Positions 39,053 to 51,310 of a stretch of 64,000 nucleotides of DNA are shown here, piece by piece. The translations under genes and the position numbers were made by a program. The stretch spans positions 85,500,001-85,564,000 of the forward strand of contig CM052817.1 in NCBI GenBank assembly GCA_028534125.1, given 5' to 3'. Each line of letters starts with the position of its first letter. Position 1 is the stretch's first letter. This stretch comes from Lama glama (lineage: Eukaryota). The notes under the pieces were generated by a model. The model was given only the letters and a program-made list of their open reading frames with translations. It was not told the origin of the DNA and made no database searches.

Positions 39053-39752
39053 TGTACAAATAGACAATGGCCAGATGATCTATGACAGTAGAGCTCTTAC
39101 CCAGAAACCCAAGAAGCCACATCACAACCTCCGCAACAACATGCTCAGAACAATAAGGACTTAGTCAATAGCCGCCAGATTCCATATAAAAATATATATA
39201 TTTGCTTAGACAATAGGAATTTTTTTTCTCATAGTCCTGGAGGCTGGAAGTCCAAGATCAAGGTGTCAGCCCAGTTGGTTTCTTCTGAAGGCTGTGAGGA
39301 AAGGATCTGCTCCATGCCTCTCTCGGTGGCTTGTGGATGGATGTCTTCTCTTTATGTCTCTTCACATGGCATCTTCTCTCCGTGAGAATCACTGTGACTA
39401 AACCTCCTCTTTTTATAAGAAATGTGAATTTGGGGTGGGGGACACAATTCAACCTGTAACAATTACCTTGCCAGTGACTTCTTTCTGCTGCTACTTCTAC
39501 AGATTTCATATTTTTTGTTACTATTTTCAACTCAGAAATAAACAAAAAGCGAAGTGTACATTTTCCACCGACTTCTAATCTGAATATACATGAAGGCTTC
39601 TCTTATTTTTTCAGTCTGAAGCTTTCCCACTCCCTGCCTGCCTTTGAGTCTCTACCAAACTCAAGTGATAGTAGCTGACTCTCTGCTATACCAAGCACTG
39701 AAGAAATAGGCTCAGGTTTTTCTCATTTGATTGGCCTTGTTTTATTTCCATA
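39053..39752 (+). mobile_element. ERV1-class solo LTR (MER89-like), interrupted by an MLT1
   Basis: Starts TGT..AAATAGACAATGGCCAGA and ends GAGTCTCTACCAAACTCAAGTGATAGTAGCTGACTC..TCTCATTTGATTGGCCTTGTTTTATTTCCA(T)A. Confidence 0.75.
39190..39461 (-). mobile_element. MaLR LTR (MLT1B/C-like), partial
   Basis: TCTCATAGTCCTGGAGGCTGGAAGTCCAAGATCAAGGTGTCAGC..TCTTCACATGG..GGGGGACACAATTCAACCTGTAACA. Confidence 0.85.
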
Positions 39753-40846
39753 CCTATGAGTGTAACAAATAATTCTGTAAGAATATAAAGAATGGGAACA
39801 TGACCTTCTTTGATACATCAGGTATCAGCCATGTATGTTGTGACCAGAATGATAAGTTAGCAGAAATTTCTTAAATTCCACACTGAAGAATTCATGACGA
39901 CTGGTTGGTAGTATGCAAATATTTGAGAAATTTTAATTCTTAATTTTTAAAAAATAATTTTATTAAATGGTAAAAAAACTATTTCTTCATTAATGCTTCT
40001 CTAGATTACTGGTTTAGTTGCAACGGTCAGAATCTAAATAATAAATAACTCCTATTATTTTAAAAATTCTACTCAAAGTCTATTATTATAGTATTCAGTA
40101 GCATGTATCATAAGCTGTTTAACTTTATAAATGCTTTTTATACAGGTATGCACATTATAAAGCAAATAAAGTTAATGCATCCCCAGTATAGCCAGTTGCT
40201 AATTTTATAAATTTATTCAACAAATTTTTATACAAGAACGTTTTTTAGGAAATTCACACTAATAAAGAAGATAAAATCTGCATGAGAAATGCATACACGA
40301 TAAATTCTAGTAATAGAGATACGAACAGTCTGTACAACTTGAGGTAATCAACTACTTTCTGTTAGGACAATTAAGTAAGAAATTATGGATAATATGGCAT
40401 TTAATCTGTTGTCTTAAAAGTATTTTTAAGTTAGTTAGAGTCTGAGTGGAAGGAAGTAACAGAAAAGCATCAAACCGAAAAATTAAATCGCAAAGATAGG
40501 AAGTAGGTGCTCCAGAGAACTCTGAATAAGTGTGTGCAGCGTAGTTAAAAGGCAGTTTCACTAGAATATAGGTCTCATAAATGGAAAAGTGCAGATAAAA
40601 GCCTAGAAACATAGGTTAGATTCAGATTGTAAAGGTAAGCACTTATTAAGAATTATTGTAATGGACTGAGCAGGCAGATACTGCAGAGTGGGTCATTCAA
40701 CTCTATTCCACCTCTATTGGAACTTGTACTTCTTCAAGTTAAAGGGTATAAACCTAAAGGCTACCTTTCCCAGACTAGATTTTAGTTCATTTCCAGCCAT
40801 GACCCAGCTTCCCCCAAGCAGACACAGCTATGTACATTTGGACTGT

Positions 40847-41208
40847 TGTCGGTTCGCAACCTTGAGAGTACAGGGGCAGTTGAGGGGTGGATTTAAAGCT
40901 GTTCCTCCATACATGGAGGACAAGGGGAGACCCAAGAAGCAGAAAACCAGATTCCAGGTTTGTAGGAGGCTATTTTAATGAGTCAGGGAACTTACATAGG
41001 AGGCTTGTCTTGGGTGGCTGGAAGAAGAGTAGAGCTCCGCACGTGCCTCCCAGAATCTGAAGAGTTTATGTGGAGGCCTTAATTGGGGTTCAGTCGTGTA
41101 TTCAGTCCTGATGGTCTCAACCCCACATTACTTTCCCAAGGCTGTGATTGTGCAGGTTTAGCTCGTGGGTCAACCTGCAGTCATGTCCTCTTGATGACCT
41201 CCTTCAAA
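40847..41208 (-). repeat. 3' LTR of the provirus
   Basis: Shares blocks with 44638-45082 (ATACATGGAGG, AACTTAC..GAGGCT..TCTTGGGT, CAGAATC..AAGAGTTTAT, CACATTACT, TGACCTCCTTCAA) and has an internal deletion relative to it. Confidence 0.85.
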
Positions 41209-41220
41209 GCTCCACCCCTT
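41209..41220 (-). promoter_or_regulatory. Polypurine tract (PPT)
   Basis: Minus strand AAGGGGTGGAGC directly abuts the 3' LTR, an ERVL/MaLR-type AGGGGTGGA PPT. Confidence 0.8.
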
Positions 41221-41329
41221 GTGACTAGCTCTTATTTTCTATGATTTCTCTCTTTCACAACATGCCCTGAGCAGGGTCAGTAAGGGGTTTCACTAGCATG
41301 AAGGTGGCTCATTTGGTGGCTCTCTGGCT

Positions 41330-42600
41330 GCACTGGAGGCAGATACCACAGCAACAATATAGATACAGGCAAGAGAAAACACAGATTAAAGTAATGATTT
41401 CCAAAATGAGTAACTTTTTTTTTTCCCACCAAGAGCCCTGTGATCTGAAACTGATTTATTAAGTCTCCTAGGCTGTGGGTTGGGTCACTCAGGATATTCA
41501 CTTGTGTCCTGATATGATTTATTAAAGATGACACATTAGCAAACTCATCAGGTATGAATACACACATTCTGTTTGGATAACAGCACAGGCGCCCACTTGC
41601 GAGACAGTGATAATGCCCCAAGTCCATCCTATTTTGCAGACAGCTTTTCTCTTTAGAGACCTTTCAGTGTTCAGTAAGGACAGGCTTTGCTGACTGTCAT
41701 TCAAGGCTTGCTAGGTGAATTATTAAGGCTTTCTCTGTGTGCTATAATGTCCTCCAGGCCAATGAAGGGAACAAAGATGGTGGCCAAATGATCATACCAT
41801 AGAAAACAGAACATGTCCACCTGGCCTTGAGGAGAGGAAAGTTGGCAATTTTTGCTACAGTGGGAAAACACAAGGTACAGAGTCGCAATCATGTAGGTGA
41901 AGCCACAACTAAAGATTTGTTCCACATAACCATTGGGTCCCATTCTGAGCTACCTAATAAATACCTGGGTGGAAAACCAGTCAGTGTGCCAGACCAGTTG
42001 CTATCCTTTTATGTGACAGGATGGCTACTCAGTGCCAGTGATACCTATGCAATATACCTGCTACATTTGGATAGGTTCTGTTTAGAGTAGCTTTTCTGTT
42101 CTCAGCATAGGGGTGCATGAGTGCTCAAATGTCTATAACATGGGATGAGCCGCATGAACCCATCCCACCTCTAAGCATAGCCAGCTATGGTTCTGATGGT
42201 ATTTTTAGGATCCTTCCCAGTCAGCAGTTTAATGCACTGCTAGTATAGTTTGATTGACAGGAAAAGAATACCCATGCAGAATATTATTAGAAGTGTGTGC
42301 CACAGGACCGGTTTCTGGGTCAGTATTGGTAATATAAGATGAATTAAGAATTAAGAGTACTAGTCCTAGCTTCCTTAACGTACTGTTTTAGTGCCTTCTA
42401 ATCCCCTCCTCAGAGTGGTGATACCCACCGTGGCAATCTTGACAAGGAGCTAGAGAGGGGCAGCTGCCTAGATACCTGATAATTGGGTTGATTTCTAGGC
42501 ATATAAGTGAACTCACTGAGAAAGGTATTTCTATACGGTGCCCATCCTGTGACCAGACACTACAGGAACAGCAGAAGTCTAAGGTCAAAAAGACATACTT
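41330..42600 (-). pseudogene. env: Retroviral env remnant (gamma-type SU-TM), disrupted
   Basis: Minus-strand translation gives NYQVSRQLPLSS (degenerate CWxC SU motif, about 42450-42485), NGTQWLCGTNL, degenerate furin site RWTC/SVF, fusion peptide WYDHLATIFVPFIGLEDII, ISD LQNRMDL (41619-41639), GACAVIQTEC (CX6CC remnant), VFIPDE and a hydrophobic TM-like stretch. Stops and frameshifts are present. Confidence 0.85.
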
Positions 42601-43139
42601 GGTAGGAACTTGTATGTTAAAGTCTTCCCCTTCTGTAAGAATTATACTTCTGACCTATTGCTTAGATGTCAGTGTGGCTGCAGCTTTAGGAATTTGACCT
42701 GATTGTGCGTTTCATACATGTTGGCCAGGGGAGGCAGCTGGCAGTCATGAGGAGATGGACTTGGGGTAGGATATGACAGACGAGGACTTTCATCTTTTCC
42801 CCCTCTTTCAATGGTACATATTCCATTCCAGGTGTAGTGCATTTCAAGTGGTCTGGCTTGCATCAGGACAATGGGATCCCAGGGGCGATTGAGTAGTTCC
42901 CTCCCACGTGGGGTTAAAGTAACTTGTCCATCCCAGTGAGATGTCCCACTGCAAATTCCTGTAGATAATGCCTCTTTCAGGTATTGTGGAGCCTGATGTT
43001 CTCAGCAGCATAGCACATTAATTCATGGTGAAATTTGGGGCAATGGCTGCATCCCATGTCTTCCATACCCACATGGTGTTAGATATCTCAGCAGGGGTTC
43101 CCCATCTGGCATATGGGGCAACAGGCCCTACTGGCTGAT

Positions 43140-43740
43140 CATTCAAATATATTAAAGCCTGGGATAGTACTTTAGTCTACTCAGTCAAAGTGATTTTACC
43201 TGTTAGTAATTTAATCTGCTACTTTAATATTCCATTCTTCCTTTCTACCAACCCTGCTACCTGTGGGTTACAGGCGAGATGGAACCTGCATTCAGTGTCA
43301 TGTTTTTTTGGCCCAGTCTTGCCCATTGTTACCCTTAAAATGTGACCCTGATCACTGCCTATTCAATGAAGATATCCGTACATGGTAGTTGGTTTCTCTA
43401 ATTCCCTAATGATAACACCCTCATTTGTGCAGCAACAGAGGAAAGCTTGGATTAGGGCAGATGCAGTGTCCACACAAATAGGGCATATTTAGAATCCTCA
43501 CTCAGAGGAAGGGGGCCAGTATGATCATTTTGCTAATTCATGACCAGTTGGGAAGTCTGGTGGACAGCACCAGACTTCTTTGGCAGTTGCCTTTGGTGTT
43601 GCTTAGAAAACACATGACATGCCGTTATGACATTAACCAAGTAACAGTTTCAAAGGCAGTCTAGCATCTTTCACAGTAAGCCATCCCATTTAAGCAGTGC
43701 AGTGGCCATTCTTCCTATACACCCAATCATCTGTGTCTAC
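43140..43740 (-). pseudogene. pol: Retroviral integrase remnant
   Basis: Minus strand gives DWVYRKNGH..C (HHCC region), QNDHTGPLP (WQxDxxGPLP), ICVDTASAL, SDQG, FHLACNPQVAGLVERKNGILK (DDE core). Confidence 0.9.
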
Positions 43741-43799
43741 TGAAGAGTCACTTGGTAGGGCTTATCAGCTTCCTGACTGCCAGGGGGTGTCTGCACCTT

Positions 43800-44160
43800 A
43801 TGAGCTGGGACCTGGAAAACAGTGAAGACTACCTTAGCCTCTTACAGGCAAACCCAAAGATTTTTCCACATATCCTGACCCCACAAAGACTTATACATGA
43901 TCATCTATCCCTTGGCTGCCCATGGTCCAAGCCATGTGATTACTCCTTTAGGACAGCCCAACTATCAGTGCAAAAAGGTAACAGCCAGGAGTAATGAGTG
44001 ATCAATCACCAGCCAAACTGCTCTGAGCTTAGCCCACTGGGTGCTGTGATTCCCTCCTGTGTCCATCTCGATGGCATCAAGGTTAGGCTGAATAGTGACT
44101 GCAGTCCATGTGAGATTGCCCGACCTGACCATCTGTATATCAGGCATCAGGGGAATTGTC
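43800..44160 (-). pseudogene. pol: Retroviral RNase H remnant (ERVL-like)
   Basis: ORF 43965-44195 contains WTAVTIQP..DTGGNHSTQWAKLRAVWLVI, followed by CTDSWAVLK (conserved TDS), like class III S-S-Q-W-A-E-L-R-A-V RNase H. Confidence 0.85.
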
Positions 44161-44229
44161 CCCATTTCCTCTCTACAGGCTGCAGGGGCCACCATTAGAA
44201 ATAGGGGTGGAGCATATTGGCACTCTTAG

Positions 44230-44600
44230 TTCTCCACTTTATCATCCTGCTCTTCCACCTAGTCTGCCAGTCCTGAAGCTAGCAGAGTAGTGAACGCCTA
44301 CACGTCTTCCTTTACCTCAGCTTTTCTGCTAACTTTCTGACTTGAGTTTCAGCCATTGGTTGAGCCTCTGTGTCCAGCTGACCTACCCATGGAACAGGCC
44401 AACTCCCTGCATTAGGCGTGTATTTCCCATCTTTGCCAGAGGTGCTGTGTGGTGTTCTTCAACAAACGCATTAAACCTATTGGCATTTTGGGGTGTCCCT
44501 GTACTCATGTGGTGGTCCACAGCTTCTAACATATGCACCACCCCTCCCCACATAAAGGTCAGTGTTCTACATGGGATTTTCCCCACAGATGCCTCTTTCC
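44230..44600 (-). pseudogene. gag: Leader and N-terminal gag remnant
   Basis: Position just downstream of the PBS; MWGGVVHML-like motif in ORF 44383-44637 and a coiled-coil-like KVSRKAEVKED stretch. Confidence 0.45.
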
Positions 44601-44618
44601 CAAGGCCTGTTCTTTGGT

Positions 44619-44636
44619 CTCCTGGCTGGCTAGCCA
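44619..44636 (-). promoter_or_regulatory. Primer-binding site complementary to tRNA-Arg(ACG)
   Basis: Plus strand CTCCTGGCTGGCTAGCCA versus the mammalian tRNA-Arg(ACG) 3' end CTCCTGGCTGGCTCGCCA (17/18), 1 nt from the 5' LTR. Confidence 0.85.
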
Positions 44637-44637
44637 A

Positions 44638-45082
44638 TGTTCATTCTCAGCCTTGGGAGTTCCCCAGGGGAAATCTGAAACTGGCTCCTATACATGGAGG
44701 GAGAGACTGAAAAAAGAGACAGACCATTCCACATTGGTAGCTGGCAGTTTCAGTTAGCAAGAAAACTTACGTATGAGGCTCATCTTGGGTAACAGCAAGA
44801 CAGGTAGATTTGCACACACACGTAGACACACACACACCCCAGAATCCCAAGAGTTTATATAGAATGTTTAGAGTTTATGTAGCCTAAGACAAGTTAAGTC
44901 AATATACAGCCTAGATCTCAATAACACATTACTCTTTCAAAGCTGCATCCTTGAAGTATCTCCTAGTATAGGAACAGTTGGTGGAACATTTGTTTCAAGG
45001 ATACGGTAAGGAGCCTCTGATCGCCCAGGTCTGGCACACCGGCCAACAGGTGGTCACGTTCTATTAGTGACCTCCTTCAACA
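44638..45082 (-). repeat. 5' LTR of the provirus
   Basis: TG...CA termini (minus strand TGTTGAAGGAGGTCA...GAACA), homologous to 40847-41208, with a TATA-like TATATAAA on the minus strand at about 44854-44861. Confidence 0.85.
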
Positions 45083-45526
45083 CACAAGAATGGGAGAGAG
45101 TCAGACATCTCTTTTTGCAGTTAGGTTATGTGTGGAGACATCTGATTCATTTTTTCCTCAGTGATACAAGATATCCCAGTGTTTTCTTTTGGTTTTGTGG
45201 CTGTGAGAGGCATAGCATGGATTATTTACTTTGCTACCATTGATCAAGCCTTAGACAGTATGACCTTGAATTAGCAGCTGAGGCAGTGATTTTGATTTCC
45301 CAAATTTTAGATGATGACAGAGACACCACATTCCTGGTGTAAAAGTTTTGCAGTGCTGTTTTAATGATATTTCTTAGGAGACTGATCCACCTTTCAACAA
45401 TTGTAAATACTTTTCAGTAAATACATTTTCTGTTTAAATTAGCTAGAGCTATTTCTGTTATGGACAAGGACATGCTGTGTGACATGCATAAAATATACAA
45501 GTTTTTATTTTCAATTCATTCTAGAC

Positions 45527-45753
45527 CACTGATTTTCAATTGTGGATGGTTTTGTTTCTCCAGAAGACATTTGGCAGTGTGAGGAGACATATTTCAGTTG
45601 TCACAACTGGGAAATCTGCTAATGGATAGAGGTCAGGGATGTGGCAAAACCTGTATGGTACTCAGGACAGAGCCACTACCACTATCTGCACCACTTTCTG
45701 CAGGTGAATTATATGTCCCAAAACACCAATAGTATCAAGACTGATAAATCCTA
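45527..45753. mobile_element. hAT-Charlie MITE (MER20-like)
   Basis: CACTGATTTTCAA..GACATTTGGCAGTG..GGAGACAT..GTTGTCACAACTGG..GATAGAGGTCAGGGATG..CAGGACAG..GAATTAT..CCCAAAA..CAATAGT..GATAAATCCT. Confidence 0.85.
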
Positions 45754-46309
45754 AGTTACATAAAGTTCTATGATTTTGACACTAAGGGTGAAAAGAAGAG
45801 TGGTATACAAGAAATATGTCAAAACTAAAAATGATGATGCAATTAACATGAAGTATGTATACCAAGCAGAACATTTTTGGAAAGGGTATAATGAATTAAA
45901 TCAGGATGCACTTAATGCTTTATGTTTAATTAATAAAACAATTGCATATACAGGGCTTTGAATGTGTCACACACTTGTCTAAGTACATTATAATTATTAA
46001 CTTCTTTATTTCTCACAATAACTCTATGGGGTTGTTAACATTATTTTCCACAAATAAGTTTACTCTATATGAAGCCACCCCAAAATATCAGTGGTTTTAT
46101 ACAGTTGAAGTTTATTTTTCACTTATGTCAGAGTTCAATGTGAGTTAGCAGAATCCAGGTCAATTTTACCATTTGGCTTCTCTGTCCCTGTTAGAGAGAA
46201 TGTTATCTCCAGTGTGCCCTATTTTGATTCTTTAGCCAAAGAATCATACACATATTAAAAATAGTTATTTTATTCCACTGAGTTTATGTGGTTTGTTTGT
46301 CAATAATAG

Positions 46310-47330
46310 ACCACTGAAATGCTTATTCCAGGACTACAAGATTGCCTTAGCATTCAAAATTAATCAATGTAATTTATCATATTAACAAACTAGAGAGTAA
46401 GTAGTGTATAATCATCTCAACTGATGCAGAAAACACTTTGAAAATATTCGACATACATTCATGGAGAAAACATTCAGAAAACTAGGAATAGAGATACATT
46501 TCTAAATTGCTTCTAAATAGAAATAAATTTCATAAATAGTATTTGTGAAAATTCCACAGTTACCATCATACTCAAAGGTGAAATGCCGAATACATTTTCA
46601 TATATAATCAGGAAAAATGCAAGGATGTGTGCTTCCATCATTTCTATCCAATTATTTACTGGAGGAGCTAGCTGGTGCAATAGAGCAAGAAAAGTAATAA
46701 AGATTGAAAAGGGAGAAATAAAACCTATTTGCAGATGTTGCATTTGCACACATATAACTGTACACAAGATACAAAAGAGCTACCAGGTTTTATAAGCCTA
46801 TGTAGTTGGACATAAAGAAAAAATGATTGAGTTTCTATGTACTTATATTTCTACATATTTTTAAATTTAGAAAGCAATTTAAAAATAACATTTTAAATAT
46901 TTATACTGTTTACAGAAGTGTAAAACCATGCATGAACTTCTCCCTGAATACTACAACATTTGGTGGGGGGAGAAATTAAAGGAGAACTATTAAATGAAAA
47001 GCTATACTGTGTCCTTATATCAAAAGATTCAATAGTATTATATAAATATTGCCCCAATAAATCTGTGCAATAAAAAATACATAAAAATCTCCTCATTTTA
47101 TTAGCTGATTCTAAAATTCATATGGAATTGCAAAAAAAAAAAAACAAAATACTCAAAATAACTTGGAAAAAGAACAAATATGAGGACTTAGACTACCAGA
47201 GTTCCATTTAATATGAAGCTACTTTAATCAATGTGATGTGTGATTGGTGTAAGGACAGAAATAAGTTTTACTGGAACAAAATAGATAGTTTAAAAGTAGA
47301 TGCACACATATATTGTAATTCAGTGGTGAA
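46310..47330 (+). mobile_element. Old L1M ORF2 (RT region) remnant
   Basis: AATCAATGTAATTTATCATATTAACA..ATCTCAACTGATGCAGAAAA (SIDAEKAF), CTATTTGCAGATG (LFADD), AGCTGATTCTAAAATTCATATGGAA. Confidence 0.8.
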
Positions 47331-49700
47331 ATACACATTTTAAAACCCAAAATTCTGTCTGTAATTCTTAGAAGTCATATCTAGAAAACATATTCCCTGA
47401 CTCTATTTTTATTTAATTACTACCTTTTGTCTCATTACCCATTAATGAAGCTTTCTGGTCTCCACACTCACCTGCACATGTCAAATTACAGATACAAATA
47501 GAAAAAATATATAATCTAGATTTAATTATGTAGCTCTTCATTTAATTAGTTGAATTCCAACTTTCTGAATCTTTGATTTATCCAAAGTCTTTTCTTAAAT
47601 ATCTTTGAAGTGTCTTTTACAGAGAACTCCCAAAATGTCCTTGCATCTCTATCTAGTATATATAATTTACCTGTCAGGCAAGCAGCATACGTTAAATGAG
47701 GCAAATATTGTATTGGCTGGAATTTTTGAAGGGAGAAGTTCACTCATTGTAGGTTTTTATCAATGCATGAAAACAGTGTTCTAGATTAGTTATATAAAAT
47801 TTTGAAACTTTTTTTTATCTTTGAAATATCATTTTCTCTTTATTTGTGATCACTGATATGTTGTTATTTTAAATGTGGGTTCAGTCTGCCTATCCTATGA
47901 TTTAGTTTTATTACATCTGAAAGACAAACTAAACTCAAAAGTCCTTTAAACATAATCATTAACATTTTGGTATTTTAACTTAGCAATGGATTCTACTCAG
48001 AACAAAAATGGTAAAATCATAATAATTTGTTTTGGAATAAATAAGGAAATTCTTCAGTGAAAGAAAGTTGAGAAAACAGCATTTTTGAGAGATAGGTATG
48101 TTTTGTAATGCCAGGGAACAGTAAGAATAATGACTGAGCATTCTGATTGGCCAAGATAGTTGTTTTGTTATATAATTAAAACATCGTTAGTATAATAGAA
48201 CATTTCAAAAAGCAACAGTCTCTGCTTACAAGACTACTGCCAATGTGATACAAAAGCACTTACTGAAAATGAGTATGCTAAGATCAAGATAATTTTCAAA
48301 ACATGGGATAATGTTCTCATAGATAAACTTCATTTTTATAATGAAAGAATGTTATATCACAAGATAATATGATCCTGTATGAAGCAGGTGGTTAAAGAAC
48401 AAATAAATTACTGGCAGATTTCTAATTATAATACATGTTTAGTCTTTCATGATAAACAACAGATGTGTGTTTATGAAAACACATTATAGTAGAATCAGGT
48501 CAATAGAGTTTAAATGAAAAAGGCTTAATTTATTTGTACTCCCATTTGAATTTAAGGGGATGGCCTATTTAAAAGGGCCACCATTAAATGTAACATGAGT
48601 TCAAAGGAGATTTATTTAAATGGACCAATGAATACCTTTTTCATTAATTGTCTAGATAGAAAGGAAGATAATTTCAGAGTGCAAATAGGGGAGAAAATAA
48701 CAAATCAAAACATACTAGAGCAGATTAAAAAAAGAGAATATTCTAAAATAATGGAACACTAAATCAAATCACCTTATTTATTTTCTAAATATTGATAGTA
48801 TATTGAAGTCTTTCACTATTTAACTTTCTAACATTTAGTGATGTTAAATTTATTTTGTATCATCAATTATCTGGATTTTAATCTTTTGATAAAGGAGAAA
48901 AATAGCATTTATTTTTAAGTGCAAAGAAAATAACCAAAATAATTTGAGCGTTGAAATGTATGTAAGTTGGAAAAATTAAAACGATGAATCTGGAGTTCAG
49001 AGAAGGGTAACAGATCCACTTTTGCCATTTATTAGCTGTGGAACAGAGCAGTACTTTAAATAGCTGTGTTTTTAAAAGCTAACTAGGTATACTTTCAAGC
49101 CCTATAATGTGCCATGAAAAGGAAGCAATGTTTTAAAGTCATCTTAGGCCTTCTTTCATTCTTCGTTCTTCTGTATTATTTATATATTAATATGTCTTAA
49201 GGAATCACATTGATGCTACCAAAATATATAGTATTATTTAATGTATTGAATTGTTCAATTACTAAAGGCTAATTAAGGTCATATTTTTACATGCAATTTT
49301 AATTTTTCTATCTCCATTTTTCTGTGTGGTATTTTCTATACATTATTTAGTTCTTTCCTTTTATTTGAATTAATCTATCGCACTTTTACAATTTAGTACT
49401 GACACAGTTCAAAGAAAGAATATTTGTTATAGTCTTCTCTCTAATAATATATAATATAAATAGAGATTTTTTTTACATGTGTTTGCACATGTAAAATAGC
49501 AATTATAATGAAGACAATGTTTGTTGAAGCCACATGTAGTCACTTTAGAAGTTTAAAAACCATTAAAAACACATTTGAAGGGAATTCTTATGCAGAGGTT
49601 CACAGAAGAAATAGGATTTAATCTACATCTTTCTTTCCAATCATCTGTTGCTGTGTAACACACCACAGAAAGTTTTGGTGGATTAAAAAACAACTATTTC

Positions 49701-50875
49701 ATACTACCCAAAGCAATCTACAATGCTACCCAAAACAATCTACAGATTTAATGTGATCCCTATCAAATTACCCAGGACATTTTTTACAGAACTAGAACAA
49801 ATAATCCTAAATTTTTTTTATGGAATCACAAAGACCCAGAATTGACAAAGCAATACTGAGGAAAAAGAACAAATTTGGAAGCATAACTCTCCCAGACTTC
49901 AGACAATGCTACAGAGCTACAGTAATCAAAAAAGTGTGATACTGGCATAAAAACAGACATATGGATCAATGGAACAGAATAGAGTCCAGAAATAAACCCA
50001 TACACCTATGGTCAATTAATCTTTGACCAAGGAGGCAAGAATATACAGTGGAGAAAAGACAATCTCTTCAGCAAGTGGTATTGTGAAAACTGGACAGCCA
50101 CATGTAAATCAATGATGCTAGAACACTCTCTCACATTGTACACAAAAGTAAACTCAAAGTGGCTCAAAGGCCTTTAAGACAGGACACCATAAACCTTGTA
50201 GAAGGGAACATAGGCAAACATTTTCTAACATAAGTCATAGCAGTGTTTTCCTAGGTCAGTCTCCCAAAGCAATAGAAATAGAGGCAAAAATAAACAAATG
50301 GGACCTAATTAAACTTACAGGCTTTTGCACAACAAAGGAAACCATAAACAAAATGAAAAGACAACCTATGGACTAGGAGAATATATTTGCAAATGATGAG
50401 ACTGAGAAGGGCTTAATTTCCAGAATATATGAACAGCTCATTAAAACTCAGTAACAAAAAACCAAACAACCCAACCAGAAAATGGGCAGAAGACATAAAC
50501 AGATATTTCTTCAGTGAAGACATATGATGACCAGTGAGCACACAAAAAGGTGGTCAGTATCACTAATTATCAGAGAAATGCAAATCAAAAGTACAGTGAA
50601 GTATCACCTCACACTGGTCAGAATGGCCATCATTAAAAAATCCACAAAAGATAAATGTTGGAGAGGGTATAGAGAAAAGGGGACCCTCCTACACTGTTGG
50701 TGGGAATGTAGTTTGGTGCAACCACTGTGGAAAACAGTATGGAGATTCCTTTAAAAAACTAAAAATAGAGTTACCATATGATCCAGCAGTCTTACTCCAG
50801 GGCATACATGTGGAGGAAACTCTAATTTGAAAAGATACATGCACCCCAATGTACTATATACAATAGTGTGTGTAT

Positions 50876-50907
<32 letters not shown>

Positions 50908-51310
50908 ACACACACACACACACACACATGTATATACCACATTATATATAGTGGAATAGTACTCAGCCATAAAAAGAATGAAATAATGCCATTTTCAGCA
51001 ACATGGATGGATGGTTTTAGAGATTATCATACTAAGTGAATTAGCTTAGACAGAGAAAGACAGATATCATAATGATATCACTTATATGTGGAATCTTAAA
51101 AATTGAGACAAATGAACTTATTTACAAAACAGAAACAGACTCAGACACAAAAAACAAACTCATGGTTACCAGAGGGGAAAGAAGGTGGGGAAGGATAAAT
51201 TGGGAGTTTGGGATTTGCATATTCTAACTGCTATATATAAAATAGATAACAGCAAGGTTCTACTGTATAGCACAGGGATATATTCAATATTTTGTAATAA
51301 TCTATAATTT
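49701..51310 (+). mobile_element. L1 3' portion (ORF2 C-terminus and 3' UTR), intermediate age
   Basis: ORF 50524-50754 encodes [32 protein letters not shown]. Many L1 ORF2 motifs and a cetartiodactyl-type 3' UTR are present; the final roughly 100 bp and poly(A) are missing. Confidence 0.95.
50866..50935. repeat. (CA)n microsatellite inside L1
   Basis: Directly visible. Confidence 0.95.

Larger units (their letters stand above)
40847..45082 (-). mobile_element. Decayed endogenous retrovirus with two LTRs: class III (ERVL/HERV-S-like) pol, gamma-type env, large gag-pro-RT deletion
   Basis: Homologous LTRs at 40847-41208 and 44638-45082, PBS at 44619-44636, PPT at 41209-41220, and RNase H, integrase and env remnants in canonical order on the minus strand. 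Confidence 0.9.
40657..45484 (+). mobile_element. Old ERVL-type LTR (LTR33/LTR16-like) split by the provirus into about 40657-40846 and 45083-45484
   Basis: The left part has CTACCTTTCCCAGACT. The right part ends TAAATACATTTTCTGTTTAAATTAGCTAGAGCTATTTCTGTT..GACA, like LTR33-family ends. Confidence 0.55.

Noticed and set aside
41277..41943. Env-derived ORFs as a possible syncytin-like domesticated gene
   Set aside because: Multiple frameshifts and stops, and degenerate furin, CWxC and CX6CC motifs; no intact ORF.
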